This document shows, piece after piece, positions 44,385-54,152 of a stretch of 64,000 nucleotides of DNA. Where the stretch lies: positions 224,001 through 288,000 of the forward strand of contig CAWBBV010000011.1 in the NCBI GenBank assembly GCA_963787125.1, given 5' to 3'. Below the pieces are notes generated by a model. It saw nothing but the letters and a program-made list of their open reading frames with translations. It was not told the DNA's origin and ran no database searches. The DNA is from an uncultured delta proteobacterium (GTDB lineage Bacteria > Desulfobacterota > Desulfuromonadia > Geobacterales > DSM-12255). The position numbers were made by a program, and so were the translations under genes. The first letter of the stretch is position 1, and each line of letters begins with the position of its first letter.

Positions 44385-45047
44385 ATGGAAGCGATCAAAT
44401 GCATAACGACAAGAAGCAGCGTCCGAAGATTCGCACCTGACCCTGTTTCTCGGGAGGCCATCGGTGATATCGTGCGGGCGGCACAATGGAGTCCTTCCTA
44501 TAAGAACAGCCAGCCGTACGTAGTTGTGGCTGTGTCTGGTAAACGGAGAGAAGCCCTCACGACGATGCTCCTTGAACTGCTCGACACCAAGGCAGCGTCT
44601 ACCTGTGACCTGCCGGCTCCCACACATTGGCCTGAACCTATCGCCTCCCGGATTAATGATCTCATGGCGAAACGCTCTGCAATTGCCGGGATAGACCTGA
44701 ATGCTCCTGATTCTATCCTTCGCTCAAAAAAAGCCAATTTCAGATTTTATGGTGCCCCCTGCGCGCTCTTCATACTTCAGGACGCATCGCTGGGAGAGTG
44801 GTCTATTCTTGATGCCGGCATCTTTGCTCAGAGTCTGATGCTGGCAGCTCATGCGCAGGGTCTTGCAACCGTTCCCCAGGCGTATCTTACCGATTATGCC
44901 AAGGAGATAAAAACCTTCCTCGACATACCTGGAACCATGCGTATTGTCTTAGGCATATCGATTGGGTATCCCGGAGTTGCCCATGAAGATCTTCCTCCTC
45001 GCCCCGAAAGAATTCCACTTGAGGAAATTCTGAGTTTCGTTGATTAG
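44385..45047 (+). CDS. Nitroreductase family protein
   Basis: TRSSVRRF, SPSYKNSQP, FYGAP, ISIGYP; AAGGAG SD. Confidence 0.9.
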   Translation: MEAIKCITTRSSVRRFAPDPVSREAIGDIVRAAQWSPSYKNSQPYVVVAVSGKRREALTTMLLELLDTKAASTCDLPAPTHWPEPIASRINDLMAKRSAIAGIDLNAPDSILRSKKANFRFYGAPCALFILQDASLGEWSILDAGIFAQSLMLAAHAQGLATVPQAYLTDYAKEIKTFLDIPGTMRIVLGISIGYPGVAHEDLPPRPERIPLEEILSFVD

Positions 45048-45072
45048 AGGCGACTCTTCATGAAGCCATTGC

Positions 45073-45119
45073 AAAAAAAAGCTGTAACCCCCTAAATCAT
45101 CATCCGGGGATTACAGCTA
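45073..45119 (-). terminator. Terminator after rnpB
   Basis: AGCTGTAA.CCCC / GGGG.TTACAGCT stem with a long T tract on the minus strand. Confidence 0.7.
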
Positions 45120-45128
45120 TATAAAATT

Positions 45129-45533
45129 GGTCGAAGCAGACCATAAGCCGGGTTCTGTTCCTGCCTGCGGTTACCCGCTGAAAGGTGGCAGCCATTCATC
45201 TAGGATCGCTGTTACCAACGATCTCAAGCAACCAACCCGGAAGCACGGACGGGCCGTCCTTAACGCTCCCCTATTTGGTCTTGCTCCTGGTGGGGTTTAC
45301 CTGGCATCCGACGTCACCGCCGAACCCGGTGAGCTCTTACCTCACCCTTTCACCCTTACCTGTTAAAGCCAAAGCTATGACAGGCGGTCTTCTCTCTGTG
45401 GCACTATCCCTGGGGTCACCCCCGCTGGACGTTATCCAGCACCATACCCTGTGGAGCCCGGACTTTCCTCCCCAATGCCACCAATCTGATAATCAGAAAG
45501 TGGCATGCGGCGACTGCCTGTTCTGCTTCAACC
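45129..45533 (-). ncRNA. rnpB: RNase P RNA (bacterial type A)
   Basis: Minus strand has GAGGAAAGTCCGGGCT, AGTGCCACAGA, GGTAAACCCC and CAGAACCCGGCTTAT; P1 ends GGTTGAAGCAGA / TCTGCTTCGACC. Confidence 0.96.
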
Positions 45534-45550
45534 AAAGCCTCTGACCTTTG

Positions 45551-46267
45551 CTACAGTTGTATCGACGGTTTAAGAATCAGTATTCTCTGGCAATGAGGAC
45601 AGGTTATCAGCTCCTCGCCGCGATGAAGATTGTTGTACATCTGGGGGGGAATCTGCATATTACAGCCAAGGCAGCCACCATCTCGCGCCTCAACCACAGC
45701 AACCCCCCTGCGGCCTTCACGCAGCTTTTCATAACGTTTGAGCAGTCCCGGAGGGATCGCCTTGACATGCTCAGCCCTGAGCTTTGCATCAGAAGTTACC
45801 GAAGCTTCCTCACTCAGCATACGGGCTTTTATCTCCGTTTTTTGAACGCCAATATTCTCGTCAAGAACGGTCATATCTGCTTCCATGGAAGAGAGCTCAG
45901 TCTTTAGCTCTTCAAGACGACTTATCTTCTGGAGGATCTGATCCTCCAACTCTAGAATGAGCTTCTTGGCAGAAGCTATCTCCTTGTTTACTGCCTGATA
46001 CTCTTTCTGTGTGGTAATGCCTTTGAGGTTAACCTCAGAACGGATAATATTGGCATTCTCTGCTGCCAGGTTCTCTTCCAGAGCCAGTCGTTGAGCTTCT
46101 GTATCCTCAATTTCAACGTTTTTGGCATCCACAGCAGCTTTCACGTCCTGCTGACGGCTATCAAGTGCCTCAATTTCAGCAAGTGCTTCCTGTATTCTTG
46201 TCTGGCTGCCGTCAGACTTTAGATCCAGCTCCTGCAGATCTTCCAGTACCATTAGCTTTTCGCGCAC
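45551..46267 (-). CDS. Coiled-coil protein with C4-type zinc ribbon (DUF164/CdsZ-like)
   Basis: Long coiled coil followed by CLGC...CPHCQRIL. Confidence 0.88.
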   Translation of the reverse strand: MREKLMVLEDLQELDLKSDGSQTRIQEALAEIEALDSRQQDVKAAVDAKNVEIEDTEAQRLALEENLAAENANIIRSEVNLKGITTQKEYQAVNKEIASAKKLILELEDQILQKISRLEELKTELSSMEADMTVLDENIGVQKTEIKARMLSEEASVTSDAKLRAEHVKAIPPGLLKRYEKLREGRRGVAVVEARDGGCLGCNMQIPPQMYNNLHRGEELITCPHCQRILILKPSIQL

Positions 46268-46306
46268 AAATTTTCTCCTTGTTTGTAATATACCTATGTA
46301 ATGACT

Positions 46307-47422
46307 TCAGATAACTTCGAACGGGTCACTTTCTGCAGTGCATCTCAAAACTTCAACATTAACCTTTCTTTTACTGAACTCTTTTTCTAGTTGTCCGGAA
46401 AAACCCTCCACCATAAGCTTTTCAGTGGCAAAATGCCCGGCATCAATCAATGCAATCCCGAGAGCCTGGGCTTCCCGAGCATCATGGTATTTAATATCGC
46501 CGGTCAGAAAAAGGTCAGCGCCCTCCCTGACCGCATCATGAAGAAGAGATGCGCCACTCCCGCCACACAGTGCCAGCGTGGATATCCGAAGATCCATATC
46601 CCCTACAATCCGCAGGGATGAAGCCCCAAGCCGTTGCTTTACAATTTCGGCAAAGTCCCCCAGCCGCGGTTTGGCTTCGAGCGTGCCAATCCTGCCAATT
46701 CCTGACAGCAGCCCCTCATTGAGCAGAGGAATAATGTCAAACGCCGGCTCTTCATAAGGGTGAATCTTTCTCAGCGACTTGATGGCAGAGCTGAGATCAG
46801 CTTTAGACACGAGTATTTCCAACCTGGCTTCATCGACAACTGCCCTCTCACCAACCCTGCCGATGAAAGGAGATGAGCCCTTAAGAGGTCTGAAGGTGCC
46901 CTGCCCCGCAGCAGTGAAGGAGCAGTCAGCGTAACCGGCGGACTTACGGCTGAAGGGAAGCAGCGCATTCATAACCGCTTGATAATGAGAACCCGGCACA
47001 AAAACCGTCAGTTTCAACAACTCTTCACGGCAAGAAACCTTTAGTGGCTTGCAATTGGTCATCCCGAGGGCGTCTGCAAGCAGGTCATTTACTCCGTTTG
47101 AAACAACATCGTAATTTGTATGCAGCGACACAATAGCAAGCTTATTTCCAATGGCACGATGGATCAAACGGCCGGTCTCATCATTGGTGGATATTCGTTT
47201 CAGCGGCTTGAAAATTAAAGGGTGATGGGTAAGGAGGAGTTGGCAGGAACTGTTTATTGCTGCATCAACTGCAGCTGGCGAAGGATCGAGGGCCACCATG
47301 GCCCTTTCTATCTCCTGGGAAGGGTCCCCGACCTGCAGACCGACATTATCCCAGTTTTCCGCCATAGCCGGCGGGGCAATTTTATTAATAATTCCGACTA
47401 CATCAGAGAGTTTTATCCGCAA
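46307..47422 (-). CDS. Nif3-like dinuclear metal centre protein (YqfO-like, with PII-like insert)
   Basis: WDNVGLQVG, THHPLIF, HTNYD, HPYEEPAFD, DAGHFATE; TTG start assumed. Confidence 0.92.
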   Translation of the reverse strand: MRIKLSDVVGIINKIAPPAMAENWDNVGLQVGDPSQEIERAMVALDPSPAAVDAAINSSCQLLLTHHPLIFKPLKRISTNDETGRLIHRAIGNKLAIVSLHTNYDVVSNGVNDLLADALGMTNCKPLKVSCREELLKLTVFVPGSHYQAVMNALLPFSRKSAGYADCSFTAAGQGTFRPLKGSSPFIGRVGERAVVDEARLEILVSKADLSSAIKSLRKIHPYEEPAFDIIPLLNEGLLSGIGRIGTLEAKPRLGDFAEIVKQRLGASSLRIVGDMDLRISTLALCGGSGASLLHDAVREGADLFLTGDIKYHDAREAQALGIALIDAGHFATEKLMVEGFSGQLEKEFSKRKVNVEVLRCTAESDPFEVI

Positions 47423-47431
47423 AGTGCCTAC

Positions 47432-47473
47432 AAAAGAAAAAGAGTGCAACCTTTTGGTATGCACTCTTTTTCT
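47432..47473 (-). terminator. Hairpin/terminator downstream of tRNA-Ile2
   Basis: AGAAAAAGAGTGCA / TGCACTCTTTTTCT 14-bp stem. Confidence 0.6.
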
Positions 47474-47538
47474 CCCCTTTTATGGGAATTTTCAGACGTA
47501 AAGCGCTTTATGGGCATCTCCACGTAAACCTTGGAAAA

Positions 47539-47615
47539 TGGTGGGCCCACCAGGACTCGAACCTGGGACCGACCGGTTATGAGCCGGTAGCTCTAGCCAA
47601 CTGAGCTATAGGCCC
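47539..47615 (-). tRNA. tRNA with CAT anticodon, most likely tRNA-Ile2 (lysidine)
   Basis: GGGCCTATAGCTCAGTTGG...ACCGG-CTCATAA-CCGGT...GGTTCGAGTCC...GGGCCCACCA. The acceptor stem is Ile-like and initiator features are absent. Confidence 0.9.
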
Positions 47616-47630
47616 GTAAAGCGAACGTTC

Positions 47631-47660
47631 ATAATAAAACCTATGCAGACAGGATGTCAA
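47631..47660 (-). promoter_or_regulatory. Sigma70 promoter for the tRNA
   Basis: TTGACA-18 nt-TATTAT. Confidence 0.6.
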
Positions 47661-47791
47661 GCTTTTGTAGTAACCTGGCGGTTAGTTTTCTTCAACAACA
47701 CTAGCCTCAGCCACTGTCATCAATCATCCTGGCTGTTAGAGTTTGCATTTTCGCTTCAATCACGTAGAATACCGGCGAAAAGGAGCTTGCC

Positions 47792-48079
47792 ATGCACCTC
47801 AAAGAAGAGCAGGTTCACCGCCTGGCCGAAAAGATTCTGAACGACCTGATAGCAGCAGAAGAAGTTATTCTCAAGGCAGAAAGGGGAGCAATCCTTGCTG
47901 CCATAAAAATCGCCATCATGACTGACCTTAAGGCTGAAGAGTCGCTTGAACGTGATGCGGAGCGAATCCTTCAGGAAAATCTTACCGCACTTGGCAGAGG
48001 CGCCCTTGAAATTGATCGCCACAAAATGTTGCGAATGATTAAGGACAGACTGGCAAAGGAACGAAAGATAACTTTATAG
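47792..48079 (+). CDS. DUF507-like protein
   Basis: AGGAG SD; helical protein ending KMLRMIKDRLAKERKITL. Confidence 0.7.
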   Translation: MHLKEEQVHRLAEKILNDLIAAEEVILKAERGAILAAIKIAIMTDLKAEESLERDAERILQENLTALGRGALEIDRHKMLRMIKDRLAKERKITL

Positions 48080-48095
48080 GGGCTAGGGCACTTAC

Positions 48096-48365
48096 ATGAT
48101 TATTTCTGAAGATCGCATCTCCCATATATCCCACCTGATTGTCGACAAAATCTGGCAAAATGATCTTGTCGATTTCCCCACCGAGCCTCGTGCCCTGCAA
48201 CGAATCAAGCTCAGCATCTCCGAGTTCTTCACCAATACAGAGGAGCTTGATCAGGCCGTCAGGCGCAAACTCGCATCCTACTCACAATCAAAGGTCCCCG
48301 GAAGCCGCGAGTGGGAGATCCTTTACAAAAAATTCTATGAAGAAGAGTCTGCCAAAAGGAGATAA
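48096..48365 (+). CDS. DUF507-like protein (second of a tandem pair)
   Basis: SEDRISHISHLI, VPGSREWEILYKKFYEEE. Confidence 0.7.
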   Translation: MIISEDRISHISHLIVDKIWQNDLVDFPTEPRALQRIKLSISEFFTNTEELDQAVRRKLASYSQSKVPGSREWEILYKKFYEEESAKRR

Positions 48366-48367
48366 GT

Positions 48368-48931
48368 ATGTTCAGGCCTGCTTCATTTCCGGCAGCTCTC
48401 TCCATATTGCTGCTGCTGTGTACTCTTACAGGGTGTGCCACTGCAAATGTTCGGATATCCCCGGCGTTCACAATTGCTCAGAATCAGCTGATGGTGCCGA
48501 TTGTCCCTTTTACTAACACGCTTGTTCCTGAAACTTTTTCGGAAGCAGTTTTTAATGATTTTGTCGATATTCTGAACGAAAATCAGTTAAAGTCCGGGTT
48601 CTCCTGGTTCGGGATCGTCAAAGATGACATGAAAACCTTGGAGAAGGTTCTCTCTCCTGGCCACATCTACATCACCGGCGAGGTCTGGAGCTATATCGAA
48701 AACTCGGGCTGTTGCTCAACCGAAATAAGAGTCAAGTCCAGGCTCCGCATCTCCAGAGTTGTCTCCCAAGAGCTCCTCTGGGAAGCGGAGATCCCGATTG
48801 ACAGTTTTTTTGAACACGACTCATCAACCTTCCCCATTGAACGCGAAAAGATCGCCAAGCGCCTCGCAACTGCAATGACCATGGAAATCCTTAAGGCCCT
48901 TCAGGGTGCCAAACGAATATCAATCGACTAA
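48368..48931 (+). CDS. Putative lipoprotein
   Basis: Signal peptide with lipobox LTGC. Confidence 0.7.
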   Translation: MFRPASFPAALSILLLLCTLTGCATANVRISPAFTIAQNQLMVPIVPFTNTLVPETFSEAVFNDFVDILNENQLKSGFSWFGIVKDDMKTLEKVLSPGHIYITGEVWSYIENSGCCSTEIRVKSRLRISRVVSQELLWEAEIPIDSFFEHDSSTFPIEREKIAKRLATAMTMEILKALQGAKRISID

Positions 48932-48936
48932 TCTCC

Positions 48937-51195
48937 ATGTTGACCGACCACAATACTCTCGAAATTGCCATTCCGCTCCCCCTTGAGCAGACATTCTGCT
49001 ACAGCGTGCCGCAAGCGCTCAAGGAGCTGGCGGTTGCCGGTACAAGAGTGCTGGTCCCTTTTGGGAGAAGAACTGTTACCGGCTACATTCTCGGTCCGGG
49101 GGAAGGCACCTTTAGTGGCAAACCGAAAGAGATCATCGAACTTTTGGACCGGGAACCACTCTTTTCATCGCAGCAGACGGTTTTTTATCGCTGGATAGCA
49201 GCTTATTACCTTCACCCCCTTGGCGAGGTCATAAGAACGGCACTCCCCTCCGGCCTCACGGTCATGGGGCGCCATAAACATACGCTTTCAACTGACGGCT
49301 CACCTGTTTCAGAAGAGGTGCTGTCAAAAAGCACTCGGTGTCGTGAAGAGAAACACTTTACACCGACCGATAAAACTGTTCCCGTTTCTCTTAAAGGAAA
49401 GGCCGCGGCTATCCTCGATTTTATCAAAGCAGGCTCCGCACCCTCTACCGCGACCATCAAAAACAATTTCGGCGATTCACTGCCACAACTGAAACGGCTT
49501 GAAGAACTCGGGTTGATCCAAAGTTTCAAAAAAGAGGTATACCGCGACCCCTTTAACGACAATCCGATCGAACGCGACACCCCCCGCATCCTGAACAGTG
49601 CTCAACAGAAAGCTCTGGACGCCCTTCTGGAAGGGATATATTCGCATAAATTCAGTCCACACCTTCTGCATGGCGTGACCGGCAGCGGTAAGACCGAGGT
49701 ATACCTGCAGGCAATTGCAGCCACCCTTGAAAATGGGAAGGACGCCATGGTACTGGTGCCGGAAATTGCCCTTACCCCCCAACTGGTCGAGCGCTTTCGC
49801 CGTCGTTTTTCATGCGGCATTGCGGTACTGCACAGCGGTCTTTCAAATGGTGAACGCTATGACGAGTGGCGCAGGATAAGGCGCGGCCAGGCGAGAATCG
49901 TCATCGGTGCCAGATCCGCAGTTTTTGCCCCGCTTGTGAATCTGGGGATAATAGTCGTTGATGAGGAGCACGAAGGCTCTTACAAACAGAGTGACGGGCT
50001 CCGCTACAACGCCCGTGACCTGGCGCTGGTCCTGGGAAAACAGCACCACGCGGTTGTCCTCCTTGGCTCTGCAACCCCCCTTGTTACAACTGTTTATGCA
50101 GCAAGAGCAGGCAGGATGAAAGAGCTGAGTCTTGAGGCGCGGGTCATGGACAGGCCTATGCCGGAGACGCAGTTAATCGATCAGCGAGGGAAAAAAAGCG
50201 AAACTCTCTCCCAGAAAATTGTTGGGGCGCTAGCTGAAAATCTTGAAAACGGCGGCCAGTCCCTCCTTTTTTTAAACCGGCGCGGCTTCGCGCCCTGGCT
50301 GGTATGCAAAGAGTGTGGCTTCATCCTCCGCTGCCCGAACTGCAGCGTCACCCTCACCTATCATCAGCACAAAAAGCGCCATATCTGTCACTACTGCGAC
50401 CACTCCGTCCGTGCACCGTCATTATGCCCTGAATGCGATGGCGGCGAAATCGGCCTGTTTGGCATCGGCACCGAGCGCCTTGAAGAGGAGGTTGCCGCTC
50501 TTTTCCCTACTGCCCGGATCGCCCGGATGGATCGAGATACAACCGGCACCAAAGGTGGCCATTCCCGCATCCTGAAGAAACTAGAAAACGGTGCAATAGA
50601 TATCCTCATCGGCACCCAGATGATCGCCAAGGGGCACGATTTCCCCGGAGTTACACTGGTCGGGGTCGTCTCGGCAGACACCACCCTCAACCTTCCTGAC
50701 TTCCGTGGCAGTGAACGGGGATTCCAACTGGTCAGCCAGGTATCCGGCAGAGCCGGGCGGGGTGATGCGCCTGGCAGGGTCTTTGTGCAGACGCTCAACC
50801 CGGAGCATTTTGCGTTGAGGACTGCGGTTGCTCATGACTATGAAGCATTTTACCTGCAGGAGATTGCTGATCGCAAAGACGCCGGCTATCCGCCTTTCTC
50901 TTACCTTGCGGCCATTCAGTTTTCCAGCAGTTCCGCAAGCGTAGTGGAAAAAGGGGCGGGAGCAGCGGCAGCGCTATTGCGGGAGTTGCGCAGCAAGAGT
51001 GGCATGCGCCTTGAAATACTTGGCCCGGCAGTCGCGCCACTCGGCATGATTCGTGGCCGTTACCGCTGGCAGATCCTTCTTAAATCCAGCCGCAGAGACC
51101 AGCTGCACAAGCTGTTGCATCAATTCAAGACTGAGCACTCCGCTCCTGCAACACTCAGAATGGTGATAGATATTGACCCGCTTGAGCTGCTCTGA
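48937..51195 (+). CDS. priA: Primosomal protein N'
   Basis: GVTGSGKTE, DEEH, two CxxC zinc pairs, QVSGRAGR, IDIDP. Confidence 0.96.
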   Translation: MLTDHNTLEIAIPLPLEQTFCYSVPQALKELAVAGTRVLVPFGRRTVTGYILGPGEGTFSGKPKEIIELLDREPLFSSQQTVFYRWIAAYYLHPLGEVIRTALPSGLTVMGRHKHTLSTDGSPVSEEVLSKSTRCREEKHFTPTDKTVPVSLKGKAAAILDFIKAGSAPSTATIKNNFGDSLPQLKRLEELGLIQSFKKEVYRDPFNDNPIERDTPRILNSAQQKALDALLEGIYSHKFSPHLLHGVTGSGKTEVYLQAIAATLENGKDAMVLVPEIALTPQLVERFRRRFSCGIAVLHSGLSNGERYDEWRRIRRGQARIVIGARSAVFAPLVNLGIIVVDEEHEGSYKQSDGLRYNARDLALVLGKQHHAVVLLGSATPLVTTVYAARAGRMKELSLEARVMDRPMPETQLIDQRGKKSETLSQKIVGALAENLENGGQSLLFLNRRGFAPWLVCKECGFILRCPNCSVTLTYHQHKKRHICHYCDHSVRAPSLCPECDGGEIGLFGIGTERLEEEVAALFPTARIARMDRDTTGTKGGHSRILKKLENGAIDILIGTQMIAKGHDFPGVTLVGVVSADTTLNLPDFRGSERGFQLVSQVSGRAGRGDAPGRVFVQTLNPEHFALRTAVAHDYEAFYLQEIADRKDAGYPPFSYLAAIQFSSSSASVVEKGAGAAAALLRELRSKSGMRLEILGPAVAPLGMIRGRYRWQILLKSSRRDQLHKLLHQFKTEHSAPATLRMVIDIDPLELL

Positions 51196-51216
51196 GAATT
51201 TTGTTTATAACAGCTA

Positions 51217-51245
51217 TTGACGCGGTTAAATCTTCTCAATATACT
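51217..51245 (+). promoter_or_regulatory. Sigma70 promoter upstream of the ankyrin gene
   Basis: TTGACG-17 nt-TATACT. Confidence 0.65.
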
Positions 51246-51401
51246 TCTACCCCAGATAAACTGGATAAGTACGTTAACGAAGTTATTTTCTGCCAGAAAA
51301 GTGCAGGAAATAACTTCTAACCTACTAAAAAAATCACCTGTAGTTGCGTTTGATCTTTTACCTTCAACCATGCAGCATGAACAGAAAAGGGGGGTCTAAT
51401 C

Positions 51402-51815
51402 ATGCAGAATGTCAACACTCTGGGAAAGAACGGGCATACGCCGCTCATGGATGCAGCAAAAGAGGGGGATCTGGAGGCAATAACAGATCTGCTCCGCCGG
51501 GACGCTGAAGCAAACGCAAAAAGCGATAAGGGTAAGACCGCGCTCCACTACGCGGCAGCTTATGGCCACGTAGAGGCTGTAAAGCAGCTGATTGCCGAAG
51601 GAGCAGAAATCGATGCCCGTGATCGCGATTGGCGCACACCTCTGATGCATGCGGCCATTTACGGCTGCAACCATACAGTCCAGGCGCTTATTGTCAACGG
51701 TGCTGATGTTAATGCGAAAACCCTAACTGGCAACACTCCCCTTGTTTACGCCGAGAATAACAATCATCCCCTGACTGCTGCACTATTGAAAAAAGCCCAA
51801 AGACCAAAGAACTGA
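51402..51815 (+). CDS. Ankyrin repeat protein (about 4 repeats)
   Basis: GHTPLMDAA, GKTALHYAA, RTPLMHAA, GNTPLVYA. Confidence 0.9.
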   Translation: MQNVNTLGKNGHTPLMDAAKEGDLEAITDLLRRDAEANAKSDKGKTALHYAAAYGHVEAVKQLIAEGAEIDARDRDWRTPLMHAAIYGCNHTVQALIVNGADVNAKTLTGNTPLVYAENNNHPLTAALLKKAQRPKN

Positions 51816-51875
51816 AAAAGTTGCCCTGATAACCAGAATAAAGTGAGTTACCGATATTTCCAGAGTACAAATCAA

Positions 51876-51910
51876 TAAGGGGCATCCGGAAAACTCCTGA
51901 TGCCCCTTAA
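51876..51910. terminator. GC-rich hairpin, possible terminator
   Basis: TAAGGGGCATC / GATGCCCCTTA stem; no clear T tail. Confidence 0.45.
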
Positions 51911-51935
51911 CTACTGACCACCACATGGGACCCCT

Positions 51936-52262
51936 ATGAAATCTTTGCTGATAACATTTTGTTATCTAACCTTCTCAGCCATGGCACTCCTTTCTTCGGG
52001 CACATTTTCCTGCGCTGCTGAGGAACCTCGTTCCTGCTCAGTAAAAGAGATTCTTAAAGGGGGGATGTATGTCTACCTCCGCTGCCAGGAGAAAGACAGG
52101 GACATCTGGCTGGCAACAGTGGCACGTGAGTTCAAGAATGACGAGATTGTCAGTTTTGTCGATGCGCCGCCAATGACCGACTTCTATTCCAAGTTTCTCA
52201 ACCGGACTTTTCCCGAAGTGATCTTCACAGACCTTCTTCCGCCAGGGCCAAAGAAGAAATAG
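51936..52262 (+). CDS. Small exported protein (NrfJ-like)
   Basis: Signal-like N-terminus; GGMYVYL..IWLA..MTDFYSKFLNRTF..VIF pattern. Confidence 0.55.
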   Translation: MKSLLITFCYLTFSAMALLSSGTFSCAAEEPRSCSVKEILKGGMYVYLRCQEKDRDIWLATVAREFKNDEIVSFVDAPPMTDFYSKFLNRTFPEVIFTDLLPPGPKKK

Positions 52263-52313
52263 CAAAAAAGTTATCCTTTGACTTTCGTTCACGAGATCCG
52301 CTAATCTCTTCAA

Positions 52314-52772
52314 ATGCACGAAATACTTGCAGCTTACGGCCTTCCTGCCCTTTTTATTCTTAGTTTCCTTGCCTCCACAATGCTGCCACTCGGCTCTGAA
52401 TGGCTACTTGTCGCTATCCTGCTCCAGAAACATGATCCGTTTCTGGCTGTATTTATTGCAACCGTTGGCAACTATCTTGGTGCTTGTTCAAGTTATGCCA
52501 TCGGCATTTACGGCGGCGACTTTCTCATAAAAAAACTGTTGCGCATCAGTGACGCTGACCGGGATCGCGCCGAGCGTTTTTTCGCCAGATACGGCAGCTG
52601 GTCGCTCTTTCTTTCCTGGCTCCCGATTATAGGTGATCCGCTCTGCCTTGTTGGCGGCATACTGAAAATCCCTTTCACTAAATTTTCACTCCTTGTTGCA
52701 TCAGGCAAGGCTCTCAGGTACTCTGCAGTTGCATGGCTCACCCTCAAAGGGATCCGGAGTGTGACAACATGA
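52314..52772 (+). CDS. yqaA: DedA/YqaA family membrane protein
   Basis: SFLASTMLPLGSE, GNYLG, WLPIIGDPLCLVGG. Confidence 0.88.
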   Translation: MHEILAAYGLPALFILSFLASTMLPLGSEWLLVAILLQKHDPFLAVFIATVGNYLGACSSYAIGIYGGDFLIKKLLRISDADRDRAERFFARYGSWSLFLSWLPIIGDPLCLVGGILKIPFTKFSLLVASGKALRYSAVAWLTLKGIRSVTT

Positions 52773-52797
52773 CTGCAATAAGGCGGCTTACTCCCTC

Positions 52798-54096
52798 ATG
52801 ATTAATAGATCACTGAACAGTCTCCAAAACGGGCTTCGGGTTGTTTCCATCAACATGCCCCATCTCCACTCTGCCGAGCTGGCTCTCTATATAAAAGTCG
52901 GCGGCAGAAACGACCCGGCGGACAAAGGCGGCCTGGCTCATTTCCTCGAACATATGCTCTTCAGAGGAACCGCAGACTACCCGACATCAACAGACATTGA
53001 AAACGCTTTCGAGACTATCGGTGGCTCTGTCAACGCTTCAACTGATGAAGAGTGCACCTGCTTCTTTTCTCGCATCCACCCTGATCATCTCAAAAAAGCG
53101 GTAGAGATTCTCGCCTCCATGATCCTGCGACCGCTTTTGACCGACATTGAAATTGAAAAGAAGATCATTGCGGAGGAGGCGCTTGATGATTTGAGTGAAA
53201 AAGGGGAAGAGATCAACCCTCATAACCTGGCCAGCAGGCTTCTCTGGCCGGATCATCAATTGGGGCAGCCAACAATCGGCACACTGGAAAGTATCGCCTC
53301 CTTTACCACAGACGACTTGAAACAGCATCTGGCGACGTACTTTCTGCCGCAAAATGCTGTGCTTGTTGCCGCCGGGAATTTTAAACAGGAGCTCCTTTAC
53401 GAAGCAGCCTCCGCCTGCTTTGCTTCATGGAGCGGCGGCACCTTACCAATCGTGCCTCCACCCGTTGAAGAGCAGACCTCCCCGCAAAGCACCTTTGTCT
53501 CTGATTCCGACAGCCAGGCTCACCTGCAGATCTCTTTCAGAAGCGTTGCCCGTAACGATGAGCGCATCATGGCACTTCGCCTGCTGCGCCGTGTTCTCTG
53601 CGGCAGTGGCAGTGCCAGACTTCATCTGACCTTGAGAGAGCGCCTCGGCATTGTCTATTCAGTTGATGCCAATATCGCAGCCTATGAAGAGACCGGTTAC
53701 TTCTCTATCGAACTTTCGACCGCTCCTGAAAACCTCCGGACAGCTGTAGCCGAGGTTTTCAAAGAACTGCACAACCTGGCACGGGCAGAAATTCCTTTGG
53801 ACGAATTTGTCAGAATCCGGAGAAGCTACTTCTACGAACTGGAGTACAGTCGCGATTCATGCTTTGAAATGCAGGTGCGTTACGGTTGGGGAGAATTGAT
53901 GGGGATAGTTCGGGAAATTGAGGAGGATGAACTCCAGGCGAACTCTCTAACTCCGGAGGCGCTTAACATAATCGCCGCAGAGCTTTTCCGGCCAGAAAAT
54001 CTTAACCTCGTAGTCGTTGGCGCCTGGAGCGAAAAAGAGAAAAACGGGGTACTGGAAGAGATGGAGAAATACTCTGCGGGACCTGCTGCAGTCTGA
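52798..54096 (+). CDS. M16 (pitrilysin) family zinc peptidase
   Basis: Inverted zinc motif HFLEH, NAST, LRERLGIVYSV. Confidence 0.9.
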   Translation: MINRSLNSLQNGLRVVSINMPHLHSAELALYIKVGGRNDPADKGGLAHFLEHMLFRGTADYPTSTDIENAFETIGGSVNASTDEECTCFFSRIHPDHLKKAVEILASMILRPLLTDIEIEKKIIAEEALDDLSEKGEEINPHNLASRLLWPDHQLGQPTIGTLESIASFTTDDLKQHLATYFLPQNAVLVAAGNFKQELLYEAASACFASWSGGTLPIVPPPVEEQTSPQSTFVSDSDSQAHLQISFRSVARNDERIMALRLLRRVLCGSGSARLHLTLRERLGIVYSVDANIAAYEETGYFSIELSTAPENLRTAVAEVFKELHNLARAEIPLDEFVRIRRSYFYELEYSRDSCFEMQVRYGWGELMGIVREIEEDELQANSLTPEALNIIAAELFRPENLNLVVVGAWSEKEKNGVLEEMEKYSAGPAAV

Positions 54097-54118
54097 CGCG
54101 CGCGGAAATTGGCGCCGG

Positions 54119-54146
54119 TTGACATCCATACATTCCAGGATATACT
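54119..54146 (+). promoter_or_regulatory. Near-consensus sigma70 promoter for a short non-coding transcript
   Basis: TTGACA-16 nt-TATACT. Confidence 0.75.
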
Positions 54147-54152
54147 CACAGA

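Noticed and set aside
45127..45544. Plus-strand ORFs 45127-45366 and 45185-45544
   Set aside because: They are antisense to the RNase P RNA.
47539..47615. Annotation as initiator or elongator tRNA-Met
   Set aside because: It has no C1:A72 mismatch or 3-GC anticodon stem, and the acceptor stem is Ile-like. Ile2 is preferred, though not proven.
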